Positions 17,590-26,142 of a DNA stretch of 31,254 nt are shown here, piece after piece. A model generated the notes under the pieces. That model searched no databases, was not told the DNA's origin, and saw only the letters and a list, made by a program, of their open reading frames with translations. The stretch's first letter is position 1. Every line of letters starts with the position of its first letter. This DNA is from Deltaproteobacteria bacterium TL4 (GTDB taxonomy: Bacteria > SAR324 > NAC60-12). The position numbers and the translations under genes are program-made. The stretch lies in the NCBI GenBank assembly GCA_051382335.1, contig JBBCAX010000041.1, positions 1-31,254 of the forward strand, given 5' to 3'.

Positions 17590-19959
17590 CTACAATTCGT
17601 CATCCACATTGAGCACAACCATGGATTCAATCTTCCATCCCGCATAATTAGTGTCTTCAGATTCAATACTGCTGAAATTCACCAAGTATAGCTGGTCTCC
17701 ATCTTTGTCATTATCATCAAGGCCTGTAACGGTCACCGTATGTTCCAAATTCCAATTTTCTGAGGTAAAGTTAAGAATTGAAGGCGACACACTACCTTCC
17801 GAAGAATCACTGACATTAAGATCAATATTCACATCCGCTATGGGTTTTGAAGTTAATTTTACAGTAAAGGTTGCTGTTTCACCCGCTTCTGTTGTGCTTC
17901 CACTAAGTTCGCTCACTGTCACACCGGCACTATCCCTATCAAAATTCAAACCATCAACACCGGGCGGTGTTCGTTTATCGTACTTGGGATCATCGGAAGC
18001 AACGCTTAATAGGACTGTGAAGGATTGATCCCCATCTTGAATATCATCCCCTATTCCCGTCACTGTAATATTTTGAGCAGTATTCCAATTTACTGTGGTA
18101 AAGATCACACGTTCTGGACTAATCCTAATTTCATCCGTTTCATAGGTTGAAAAATCGAAAGTCACATCCGCAGTAGGTTCTGTCCGCAATTTAACCGTAA
18201 AACTCGCACTGCCTCCATCTTCAGAAGTATTTCCATCCAGTTTCCCCACATAGAACCCTGCAATATCGTCATCCTCATTGATGACGTTCAGCCCCTTATG
18301 AACTAATCCATTGTAACGATAATCGCTGGAAGTCGAGGAAATGCTGATGTGATATTCTAAATTTCCATCATCAATGTGATCATTTTTCCCTGTTACCTTA
18401 ACCACTTGATCGACATCCCAATCGTCTGCGTGAAACGCTAGCTTTGAAGGAAAAACACTGCCTTCTGTGCTGTCATCACTGGCCACATCAACGATAACAT
18501 TGGTGGTCGTTTTGTTACTCAAACGGATGGTAAAGGTCGCGGTACCCCCGGTTTCAGTAGTATTTCCGCTGGGTTTTCCCACAATAAAACCTGCAGTCAT
18601 ATCCCTATTGGTTACAGGAACATCTGCCGGATCCAGCGTGTTGTAAAAACTATCGGTTGAGGTTGACGCACCAATCACCACCTTAAAAATTTTATCACCA
18701 TCCACTTCATCATCAGCCACCCCCTTGATCGTAATCATTTGTGGAACCTTCCAATTCAGGGCAGTGAACGTGAGACTAGCGGGAGCGACCGTACCCTCGG
18801 TCAGGGTATCACTTGAAACAGGAAAGGTTACCTCCGCTTGAGGTTCTGTATTTAAGGCCATGGTGAAGGACGCAATTTCTCCAGTTTCAAAGGTACTGCC
18901 ACTTAGCGCGCTTATCGTAACCCCAGGCGTCGGATCTGCGCTTTTGTTGGTGACACTCATGTCTTCAGGATCCAAACCATCATAACCACTATCTGAAGAA
19001 ATAGCGGGACCAATGGCAACCGAATACACCTTATCCCCATCAACAATTAAATCATTCAAACCAATCACAGAAACAATCTGTTCCGCATTCCAGTTATCCA
19101 GCGTAAAAGTGAGGCTCAGCGGAGACAAGGCGCCTTCGGTTTCGTCGCCTGAAGCCAAGGGCAGAGTTACCTCTGAGGTGGGTTGCGAACTGAGTTTGAC
19201 GGTAAAAGTCGCTTTAGTCCCGGTTTCACTGGTACTGCCGCTAATACTGCTCAGGATAAAACCGGGAGTATCATCGTCACTATTCGTAAGTAACACGTCT
19301 TTCGGATCCCAATTATTGAAAGTGAGATCTTCTGAAACACATTTTCCCAGAATAATTCGAAACACCTGATCCCCATCATCAACAACATCATCAATGCCAG
19401 TGACCGTTACCACCTGATTGGAATTCCAATTATCCACGGTAAAAACCAATTGGTCCGGAGAAACAATCCCTTCAGAAAGATTGCTGCTTGAAACGGGGAC
19501 GGTCACTTGTGAGGAGGGTTTTACGTTTAATTTCATCGTAAATGTGGCGGTTCCGCCAGCTTCTGTAATGGCTCCCTGGGGATCCCCGACTCTAAATTTG
19601 GAGAGGAAATGCATTTTGACATTCAGGACGTTATCTGAACGAACAACCGTCACTTTTTTATGATAGTCCTGGTATCCGTCTTTGATCGCAATCAAAAGAT
19701 AGTCTCCGCTTTCAAGGTCTTCAAGCGAGTACTGTCCACTTTCATCGGTGATAGCGGAGACTGTTCCAAGAAAGACAGTCGCTCCTGAAATCACTTCTTC
19801 CGTCGAATCATCCTGAACGACGCCCTTCACCGTTGAGGTTGCTTTAGGAGCATAAGGATCCGGGTTATCTTGAGATTCACCGCATCCCAGCAAAAAGACC
19901 AAGGAGAAGAAGAACCCACCTAAGGTAAATCGACAAAGAACGCACAGGTTATTTGGCAT
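17590..19959 (-). CDS. Putative surface lipoprotein, paralog of 15351..17432, with 6 Calx-beta-like repeats
   Basis: Lipobox LLG-C; VKGVVQD...TDESGQYSL...KDGY domain; six repeats with the same consensus; the start overlaps the motB-like stop by 11 nt. Confidence 0.8.
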   Translation of the reverse strand: MPNNLCVLCRFTLGGFFFSLVFLLGCGESQDNPDPYAPKATSTVKGVVQDDSTEEVISGATVFLGTVSAITDESGQYSLEDLESGDYLLIAIKDGYQDYHKKVTVVRSDNVLNVKMHFLSKFRVGDPQGAITEAGGTATFTMKLNVKPSSQVTVPVSSSNLSEGIVSPDQLVFTVDNWNSNQVVTVTGIDDVVDDGDQVFRIILGKCVSEDLTFNNWDPKDVLLTNSDDDTPGFILSSISGSTSETGTKATFTVKLSSQPTSEVTLPLASGDETEGALSPLSLTFTLDNWNAEQIVSVIGLNDLIVDGDKVYSVAIGPAISSDSGYDGLDPEDMSVTNKSADPTPGVTISALSGSTFETGEIASFTMALNTEPQAEVTFPVSSDTLTEGTVAPASLTFTALNWKVPQMITIKGVADDEVDGDKIFKVVIGASTSTDSFYNTLDPADVPVTNRDMTAGFIVGKPSGNTTETGGTATFTIRLSNKTTTNVIVDVASDDSTEGSVFPSKLAFHADDWDVDQVVKVTGKNDHIDDGNLEYHISISSTSSDYRYNGLVHKGLNVINEDDDIAGFYVGKLDGNTSEDGGSASFTVKLRTEPTADVTFDFSTYETDEIRISPERVIFTTVNWNTAQNITVTGIGDDIQDGDQSFTVLLSVASDDPKYDKRTPPGVDGLNFDRDSAGVTVSELSGSTTEAGETATFTVKLTSKPIADVNIDLNVSDSSEGSVSPSILNFTSENWNLEHTVTVTGLDDNDKDGDQLYLVNFSSIESEDTNYAGWKIESMVVLNVDDEL

Positions 19960-20599
19960 CTACCGTACCATCAAACAACAAGTTAATTTCGTCCAACGAT
20001 TTCGGAGGAGTGGTCAGAATAATTTCTACCCGTCGATTAATCAGCCTGGCCTTTACCAACTCTTCGCCTTTCAAGGGACGGTTAAGATAATCAACGTAAG
20101 GAATTTTGGGGCGGGCATCGGCATAAGCGCTGATAGAAATCCGATCCAGAGGAAAATCCAGGTACCGGGTTAAAAAATGAGCAATACTCGTAGACCTGGC
20201 AGAACTTAATTCCCAATTACTGGGATAACGTTGATTGTGAATGGGGACATTATCGGTGTGCCCTTCGACAATCACCAGATCATGTTGGTGCTCAGGAAGA
20301 GATTTAACGACTTGAAAAAAGGCAATGAGCGGTTGATGGGCCTTCGGCTGGATATCGGCTTGCCCCGAACGAAACAGGAAATCCTGGGGCAAGGAAATAA
20401 TACAACTTAACCTATTGGATCGAAGTTGATAATCACGGAATTCATCTTGATGATCCCGCATGTAGTTTTGTATTCCTTCACAATCCTTTGGCGCCGTAGA
20501 AAGGGTGGTTAATAAAACAAAAAAACAAAACAAAAGTGTCATTAAATCTGAGAAGGTGATCACCCAACCTTCTAAATTCTTTGGTTTTCGTCCACCCAT
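19949..20599 (-). CDS. motB: MotB/PomB-family stator B subunit (TM plus OmpA-like peptidoglycan-binding domain), short form
   Basis: TM WVITFSDLMTLLFCFFVLL with the essential Asp; LFRSGQA, VEGHTDNVP, SNWELSSARS, YADARP, NRRVEI. Confidence 0.9.
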   Translation of the reverse strand: MGGRKPKNLEGWVITFSDLMTLLFCFFVLLTTLSTAPKDCEGIQNYMRDHQDEFRDYQLRSNRLSCIISLPQDFLFRSGQADIQPKAHQPLIAFFQVVKSLPEHQHDLVIVEGHTDNVPIHNQRYPSNWELSSARSTSIAHFLTRYLDFPLDRISISAYADARPKIPYVDYLNRPLKGEELVKARLINRRVEIILTTPPKSLDEINLLFDGTVDAK

Positions 20600-20604
20600 A
20601 TCGT

Positions 20605-21564
20605 TTATAATCCCAAATCGCCACTACGTAATGCCGCCATTCTCTTTTCAAGAATTTGGTTACGATACTCCCACGGCAGGTAAATGATCAAATCTTGCGC
20701 ACTCACCTCGGGTAATTCTCTCCGTTTCAAATAAACTAAACTTTCGCGAATCATTTCCATCAACATCACATGAGATTCTTTCAACTGATACCGTTTCGAA
20801 GCAATCGGTAAGAAGATCAACTGCGCTAACATTACCCCGTAGAGGGTCGTAATCAAGGCGACAGACATTCCGCCCATCACCCCGGAAACGTTAGTCCCAG
20901 TTTGACCCAACATTAAAATCAAACCAACCACCGTTCCAATCATACCAAAAGCAGGAGTAGCGGCCCCCATAAATTCCAAAACATCGATTTCCTCAAAAGA
21001 ACGATAGTTGTACATTTCAATCTCTGAGCGCACAATCTCACACATCATTTCTTCTTCCACGAGATCTACCGCGATAAAATCCTGCAACCAACGTCTGAAA
21101 TCCTTATTCACAACGGCGTTGATCTCTTCATCGGTAATCAGCTCATTGCGAACCCGTTTTGTGGCAAGTTTCTGAACCGTATCATACACGTCCAAAAACT
21201 CCGCCACCTCCGTTTGAGCACGGAGTGCCCGGGCCATAAACAAAATAGCGGCCATCGCCTTGTTAAAAGGAAAGGCAACCATCGTTGCGGCATAGGCTCC
21301 GCCCAGTACAATCAAGATGGATTTCAAGTCAATAAACCGGGTGATAGAACCCTCCCAGGAATCCTGAAATTCCTGAAATTCTTTCTTTTTTTCGAGAATT
21401 ACGGCACTTGAGGCTTTTTGCTCTTTTAGCTGAATCATGATCGTCTCATGATGTCTGAGCTGATACATGTAATAATTTGAAAGGTGGTCGGGCCAGGTAA
21501 TTCCAAAGAAAATCAAAAAAACGCCGAACAAAAAACCGAATATGGTCCCCAGTGTATCTTTCAT
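20605..21564 (-). CDS. motA: MotA/PomA-family stator A subunit with periplasmic insertion
   Basis: FIDLKSILIVLGG (TM2), PAFGMIGTVVGLILML (TM3), MSVALITTLYG...IFLPIASK (TM4), large cytoplasmic TM2-TM3 domain; 5 nt from motB. Confidence 0.9.
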   Translation of the reverse strand: MKDTLGTIFGFLFGVFLIFFGITWPDHLSNYYMYQLRHHETIMIQLKEQKASSAVILEKKKEFQEFQDSWEGSITRFIDLKSILIVLGGAYAATMVAFPFNKAMAAILFMARALRAQTEVAEFLDVYDTVQKLATKRVRNELITDEEINAVVNKDFRRWLQDFIAVDLVEEEMMCEIVRSEIEMYNYRSFEEIDVLEFMGAATPAFGMIGTVVGLILMLGQTGTNVSGVMGGMSVALITTLYGVMLAQLIFLPIASKRYQLKESHVMLMEMIRESLVYLKRRELPEVSAQDLIIYLPWEYRNQILEKRMAALRSGDLGL

Positions 21565-21606
21565 GAGTGTTTTTTAGTTTAAGGTTATCGCAAAGGGAGT
21601 GGTGGA

Positions 21607-23466
21607 TTATTCATAGCCCAATGCGGGAACTCCCGCATTTTGCCCTTCCCAGGTTGCATTAACTTCTTTAAGATTAACCTTGTCATCCGCAGCCATCTGA
21701 CGCATGGCTTGAGAAAAAATCCGGCGTTTCCCTTTGATTTCTTCCACGGTAGGTGTTTTTGCCTTCAAGGCAGAGACCAAGGTTCCTCTGCTTTGCTCAG
21801 GGAAACACAATACCACCGCTTCTTGAATCTCTTTCGGTGCGCCACAGATTGCGGTCAGGACATCATCTGGAGGAAGTTTTCGTACCACCTCAAGCAACAC
21901 ATCCCTGGGTACAACAGGAATCGAGTCAAAGATAAAGCACTGACCTTCAACAATCTCGCTTAACTTTTGATCAGAGACACGTAACCCATTGAGGATTTCC
22001 TGCCGAGTGATGGCATCGGTTTCGCCCAAAACATCAACAACCAGTTCCACCCCATTGACAGAAACCGTATTATCATCAGGCAGATTCTGAGCTTTGCTGG
22101 CTAAAGTATAGGCGATTTGTTCAATGAGGTCCAAAGGCAAGCCTTCCATTTTCCCCAGTTGAATCATCACCCGGGTCCGTTCTTCCTTGGGAAGTTTTTG
22201 GAGGATAGTCGCCATCAATGCTCCTGACAAACGGCTAATGACAATCGCCTTGATCTTCGCCGGTTCTTCTTCAATCAGAAAACTGATCTGATTGGGGCTT
22301 AGCTCCTTCAAAAAAATAAAGGGATCCGTGTGGTGGTCTTCCGGCGCTATCAGTTTTTTTGTGAACAGGAACGTCCAAACATCTTTCAGCACTTGATGCG
22401 ATTCTTGCACCGAAGGATGGACCTCTCTCACCATTTTTTCCAAATCCAAATAGTCCGCGGAACCGATCATTTTAGAAAAAATTTTCCGCGCTGTCTGCGG
22501 TCCCATGATGGCAATGAGTTTAATGAAGGTTTCTGTGGACTGCTTATCCCTGGTCAATTCCTGAATCAATTGCTGATTCCAGTCATCTCTTCCAACCAAC
22601 TGTTTGATGACCTCTTGAAGCAAACGATGATTTTCTTCGTTCAACATCATTTCATCAATCTGCGCTTGCTGATGAGCCCACATTTCTTCCCGTGCGCGTT
22701 CAATCGTTTTCAAGGCGTCTTGAGTCGCGGGCAGCAGTGTCGAATTTGAAGGCGCGGGGTAATGATCCGACGCAGGAGAAGTTTTGCTGGTCTTCTGAAG
22801 ATTTCCGAGTTTCCAGAGGATGGTCAACAATAACAAAACCAGAACCCCGGCGAGTCCAAGCAGTATCCAGTCTTTTAAAGTCAACAAAGGCCCTTCATTT
22901 ACAGAATTTGAAGGTTTTCCTTGGGCCGCACCTATTTCGGTTTGTTTTTCTGAGGTTGCGCTGTCCCCTGTCGTTTTAGCATCCTCTTTTTGAATAGCCG
23001 CTAATTCCGGTTTAATCGGCAAGAAATTAAATTGATCCCCTCGCTGTAAATTCAAGCCGCTCAAAACCGGCACAATTTCGGTAATGTAGGTGCTGATGGA
23101 GGGGGAGATTTCTTTATAAAGCACCAGATCAATGCGCATTTGGGTAATTTCCCAAACCCCTTCCTCGGGAATAGACCGAGAAGGTTCACTGGCAGGAGTT
23201 CGGGCTTGTTCAAAGCCGGGAAGAGCGTCCTCAGCGTTCACCTCTTCAAACTGGGACACTTTATTCAAAGTCGGCACCCTCCCCTTCAACCAGACTTTCA
23301 ACACATAATCTTGAGGAGCGAGATAATACTTTAAGCTGCTGCGAAGGGCATCTTCGATTTCATATTGCTTCATCTGTAGCGACTTGACACGTTCCTGAGC
23401 CTTTGCCGTCGTCAGCAACCCCAAGCAAACAATCCCCATCGCCAAAATTCTCATTAAATTTCTCAT
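21607..23466 (-). CDS. Fusion of a FliF-like periplasmic ring domain, one TM helix and FliG (N/M/C-like domains)
   Basis: Signal peptide ending AKA; periplasmic domain ending SGLNLQRGDQFNF (resembles the FliF G-x4-RGD motif); TM WILLGLAGVLVLLLLTILW; IMGPQTARKIF (FliG-N-like); PFIFLKELSPNQISFLIEEEPAKIKAIVISRL (FliG-M); NGVELVVDVL...CFIFDSI (GG linker and MFxF equivalents, FliG-C). Confidence 0.78.
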   Translation of the reverse strand: MRNLMRILAMGIVCLGLLTTAKAQERVKSLQMKQYEIEDALRSSLKYYLAPQDYVLKVWLKGRVPTLNKVSQFEEVNAEDALPGFEQARTPASEPSRSIPEEGVWEITQMRIDLVLYKEISPSISTYITEIVPVLSGLNLQRGDQFNFLPIKPELAAIQKEDAKTTGDSATSEKQTEIGAAQGKPSNSVNEGPLLTLKDWILLGLAGVLVLLLLTILWKLGNLQKTSKTSPASDHYPAPSNSTLLPATQDALKTIERAREEMWAHQQAQIDEMMLNEENHRLLQEVIKQLVGRDDWNQQLIQELTRDKQSTETFIKLIAIMGPQTARKIFSKMIGSADYLDLEKMVREVHPSVQESHQVLKDVWTFLFTKKLIAPEDHHTDPFIFLKELSPNQISFLIEEEPAKIKAIVISRLSGALMATILQKLPKEERTRVMIQLGKMEGLPLDLIEQIAYTLASKAQNLPDDNTVSVNGVELVVDVLGETDAITRQEILNGLRVSDQKLSEIVEGQCFIFDSIPVVPRDVLLEVVRKLPPDDVLTAICGAPKEIQEAVVLCFPEQSRGTLVSALKAKTPTVEEIKGKRRIFSQAMRQMAADDKVNLKEVNATWEGQNAGVPALGYE

Positions 23467-24752
23467 TCGCCTTCTCCCAACCGTTCAAGGTACTGTACAA
23501 TAACTGCGTTACTCGGGTCGAGTTCCAATGATTTTTTCCAATGCTTCGCCGCTAAACTTTTCCATTTCAAGCGATAATAGATAGAGCCCAGCATCGCGTA
23601 AGCCTGAGCAGAACGAGGGTTATACTCAATCGCCTGCTGGATCTTGTCCAGAGCTTTTGAGTAATCCTGCTTAAAAAACTCCTGTCTGGCTTCCAACAAA
23701 CGTTTCGCGGATTTAAACTCAGCGTCCTGATTCCTGGATTCCGACTCAGGATCGGGTGTATTCCCAGCTTTGGCGACAGGCTCTAAAGGAACAGGCATTG
23801 AGAACAAGGGATCAACAGGTTCCTCCGTAGGTTTTTGCTGAGGATCTTTCTGCGCGGTCTTTTCAGATTTTTTCGTTTCGTCTGTCTGAGGCTGTTCTTC
23901 CGACACCATCTCTGACCTTTGAGAACTAGAGGAAGGGACATAGGCGATTTCCATACGATCTTGGGAACCAAGATTCAACTCATCGACCTGAGCGTCTAAA
24001 CTTTGACGTAAGACTTCAACCTCAAAAGACGATAAAGCGGAGTTAACCACGATGAAGACCGTTTTAAAAACCTGCAGTTGATTCACCAGGCCCAAGACAT
24101 TCTTGGTCTCCGTTGGAACCCATACGTGATTTGAGAACCCCGGAAGTTTGATCCTCGAGATTTGCTTATGACTCTCACTGATCGGAAGGGTTTGAATGAC
24201 ATAATGACTGCTGACAGTAACACTTACATATTTTTTGAGCAGTAGGGGCTTTAGCAGTTCGTGGAGTTTTTTCCGCAACGCGTTTTCCGCAAATTGCTGT
24301 TCCGCGGTTGAAGGCAAACGAACCTCACCTCGCTTCTGTTCATAAGGAGTCTCTATGAATTCGGATGAAACCTCAGAGGTTTCCTTGGGAAGTTCTTTTA
24401 TTTGCTCAAAAGGCTTGGTCATCGCTTTTTGAGTTTTCTCAGCATCATCCGCAGGCGAAAGCGCTGTTAAGGTTTGAGGTTGTTTCGTTGATGTTTCCTT
24501 AGAGGCAGCGTTTGAGGAACCGTTTGGTGTGACTTTGCCTTTGGGAGGAAACGCCAAGGTGGAATTCATTTCTTCCAGTTTGGTTTCTTCCTGTTTTTTA
24601 GCATTCACATCCACCTTCACGGACTCCACCAAGGCTTCTTTGGATGAGGCCGATGCGGCTGAGGAGGTGTCCGTTTGCGCGTTGAGAACCTGTGTCAGCC
24701 CCCCCACCCAAAGGAGCACAGACACGGATAGCATGAGGTTGCGTACTTTCAT
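23463..24752 (-). CDS. Exported protein with low-complexity linkers, one FliF-like ring domain and C-terminal TPR repeats
   Basis: Signal peptide ending LNA; ENALRKKLHELLKPLL..VSVTV...LPGF...VFIVVN...LNLGSQDRMEI parallels the ring domain of neighbouring genes; TPR DYSKALDKIQQAIEYNPRSAQAYAMLGSIYY...WKKSLELDPSN; ATGA overlap with the next gene. Confidence 0.7.
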   Translation of the reverse strand: MKVRNLMLSVSVLLWVGGLTQVLNAQTDTSSAASASSKEALVESVKVDVNAKKQEETKLEEMNSTLAFPPKGKVTPNGSSNAASKETSTKQPQTLTALSPADDAEKTQKAMTKPFEQIKELPKETSEVSSEFIETPYEQKRGEVRLPSTAEQQFAENALRKKLHELLKPLLLKKYVSVTVSSHYVIQTLPISESHKQISRIKLPGFSNHVWVPTETKNVLGLVNQLQVFKTVFIVVNSALSSFEVEVLRQSLDAQVDELNLGSQDRMEIAYVPSSSSQRSEMVSEEQPQTDETKKSEKTAQKDPQQKPTEEPVDPLFSMPVPLEPVAKAGNTPDPESESRNQDAEFKSAKRLLEARQEFFKQDYSKALDKIQQAIEYNPRSAQAYAMLGSIYYRLKWKSLAAKHWKKSLELDPSNAVIVQYLERLGEGE

Positions 24753-24753
24753 T

Positions 24754-26070
24754 TTATTTTGCCAATGAATTTAACATTTGAAGTGCATCCTGATCCTCAG
24801 GATCAAGGCTAATCACATGTTTCCACGTTTCGCGAGCTTGCTCTTTTTCTTGAAGTAAAAAGTGCAAGGACCCTTTCATTTTCAATAAGCTGAGTTTATC
24901 TTTTCGTTGCACAGCAACTTTCAAGGCCTGTTGAATTAAGGCTAAGCCATTGACGTAATCGCCTGCTTCAAACGCTGTGTTGATCTGAGTTTGTAAGCGA
25001 TGCAAGGTAACCAACTTTTCGGAGGTAATCACCCCTTCCTTCTCAGGAAAACGCTTGCGGCTAATATTCAGTTGATCCCCACGGTCAGGATTGATACTGA
25101 CGATCAGCGGGATAGAACGCTTTAAGAAAGCATCCACTTCCGGCGCGACCGTATCGTTCAACAACACCTCAATATCCATTCTGATCTCATCTGACGTATT
25201 TTTCACCCCTTTGTCGGATGTTTTCTTTGAGGACGCTCCCTGGATTAAAACAAACTTGACCTTGGTTACAAAATCATTGAGGTTCACATATTCACTAATG
25301 AGTTTTTCAATTTTTTTCGTCAAATCCTCCTCTTCACGGGGAGCAATACTGACCGGAGAGGCCTTGGGAAAAACAGTCCGTTCCACCGTAATGACGTCGC
25401 CCCGTTCCTTGACATAAAACATCTGTGACGGTAAGAGCAGGTTCACAAATCTTTCCTGATAATCCGGCAAAGCGTTATCCAACAGGATTTTAATATCCTG
25501 ACGCACCACCGCGCGTTCCAACTCGTAATTGATATTGATGCTTTTTTCTTCCAGAGAGGATGCCGCTTTGAGCAGAGGCGCACTTTTCAACTGGAGCTCA
25601 TCCAATTTCTGTTGGTCCCATACCAAGCGCAAAGACACGCTAAAACGATCCAAGGGAAGATACCTGGCCAATAAACTTTCAACACGGGCTTTCTGATCCT
25701 CTTCATACTTACCTGTCTGTGGACCAAACTTAACCGTTGTGGGGTCTTGCAGAGGGACAGAAATCACAAAATTCTGGTCTTCAATCTTATGTGAAATTGT
25801 TGAATCAATACCGTCTTTCTTCAACAAAATCCGAATCGTATTCTGACCGCCTAAACTTTCCTCGATCACACTGATGGAACCATTACCGCCATCCGTACTC
25901 TGGGTATAAATGACTTTTTTCTGGAATTTTTTTACTTCAGAGGGAGGAGCCGTGTATTTATCAAAAGAAGCACAGCCCACAATCAGGGAGAAGAACACTC
26001 CCACACACAGTGAACTGATGAAAAAACTTCTGTCATTTTTTAAACGAATCATTTGCTTCATAATATCCAT
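24754..26070 (-). CDS. Lipoprotein with two tandem FliF-like ring domains and C-terminal TPR
   Basis: Lipobox IVG-C; internal duplication YEEDQKARVESLL...KERGDVITVERTVFP and EEEDLTKKIEKLI...PDRGDQLNISRKRFP; TPR end KGSLHFLL...WKHVISLDPED. Start could be 26070, 26061 or 26052. Confidence 0.72.
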   Translation of the reverse strand: MDIMKQMIRLKNDRSFFISSLCVGVFFSLIVGCASFDKYTAPPSEVKKFQKKVIYTQSTDGGNGSISVIEESLGGQNTIRILLKKDGIDSTISHKIEDQNFVISVPLQDPTTVKFGPQTGKYEEDQKARVESLLARYLPLDRFSVSLRLVWDQQKLDELQLKSAPLLKAASSLEEKSININYELERAVVRQDIKILLDNALPDYQERFVNLLLPSQMFYVKERGDVITVERTVFPKASPVSIAPREEEDLTKKIEKLISEYVNLNDFVTKVKFVLIQGASSKKTSDKGVKNTSDEIRMDIEVLLNDTVAPEVDAFLKRSIPLIVSINPDRGDQLNISRKRFPEKEGVITSEKLVTLHRLQTQINTAFEAGDYVNGLALIQQALKVAVQRKDKLSLLKMKGSLHFLLQEKEQARETWKHVISLDPEDQDALQMLNSLAK

Positions 26071-26142
26071 TTCGGGATAAATCAGGAACGAAAGAGAAAA
26101 TTTTTCCCTATCTTTTGATGATCACATAAAGAAACACACCCC

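Noticed and set aside
15493..19663. Several mutually similar short plus-strand ORFs (e.g. FQLS/T..VK..L.G.TVPS)
   Set aside because: Their similarity simply mirrors the protein repeats on the minus strand.
15351..19959. CRISPR array or DNA tandem repeat
   Set aside because: The periodicity of about 345 nt is protein-level and degenerate; there are no identical repeats with spacers.
19949..21564. Zorya (zorAB), ExbBD or TolQR assignment
   Set aside because: The A subunit has flagellar-type motifs and no long ZorA tail; B has the flagellar W..TF.D TM plus an OmpA domain; the neighbour is FliG-like rather than zorCDE, tonB or tolA.
19949..23466. Ordinary or decayed flagellar operon
   Set aside because: The ORFs are intact and tightly coupled, FliG is membrane-fused, and no other flagellar genes are adjacent; the rest of the genome cannot be seen, so this is disfavoured rather than excluded.
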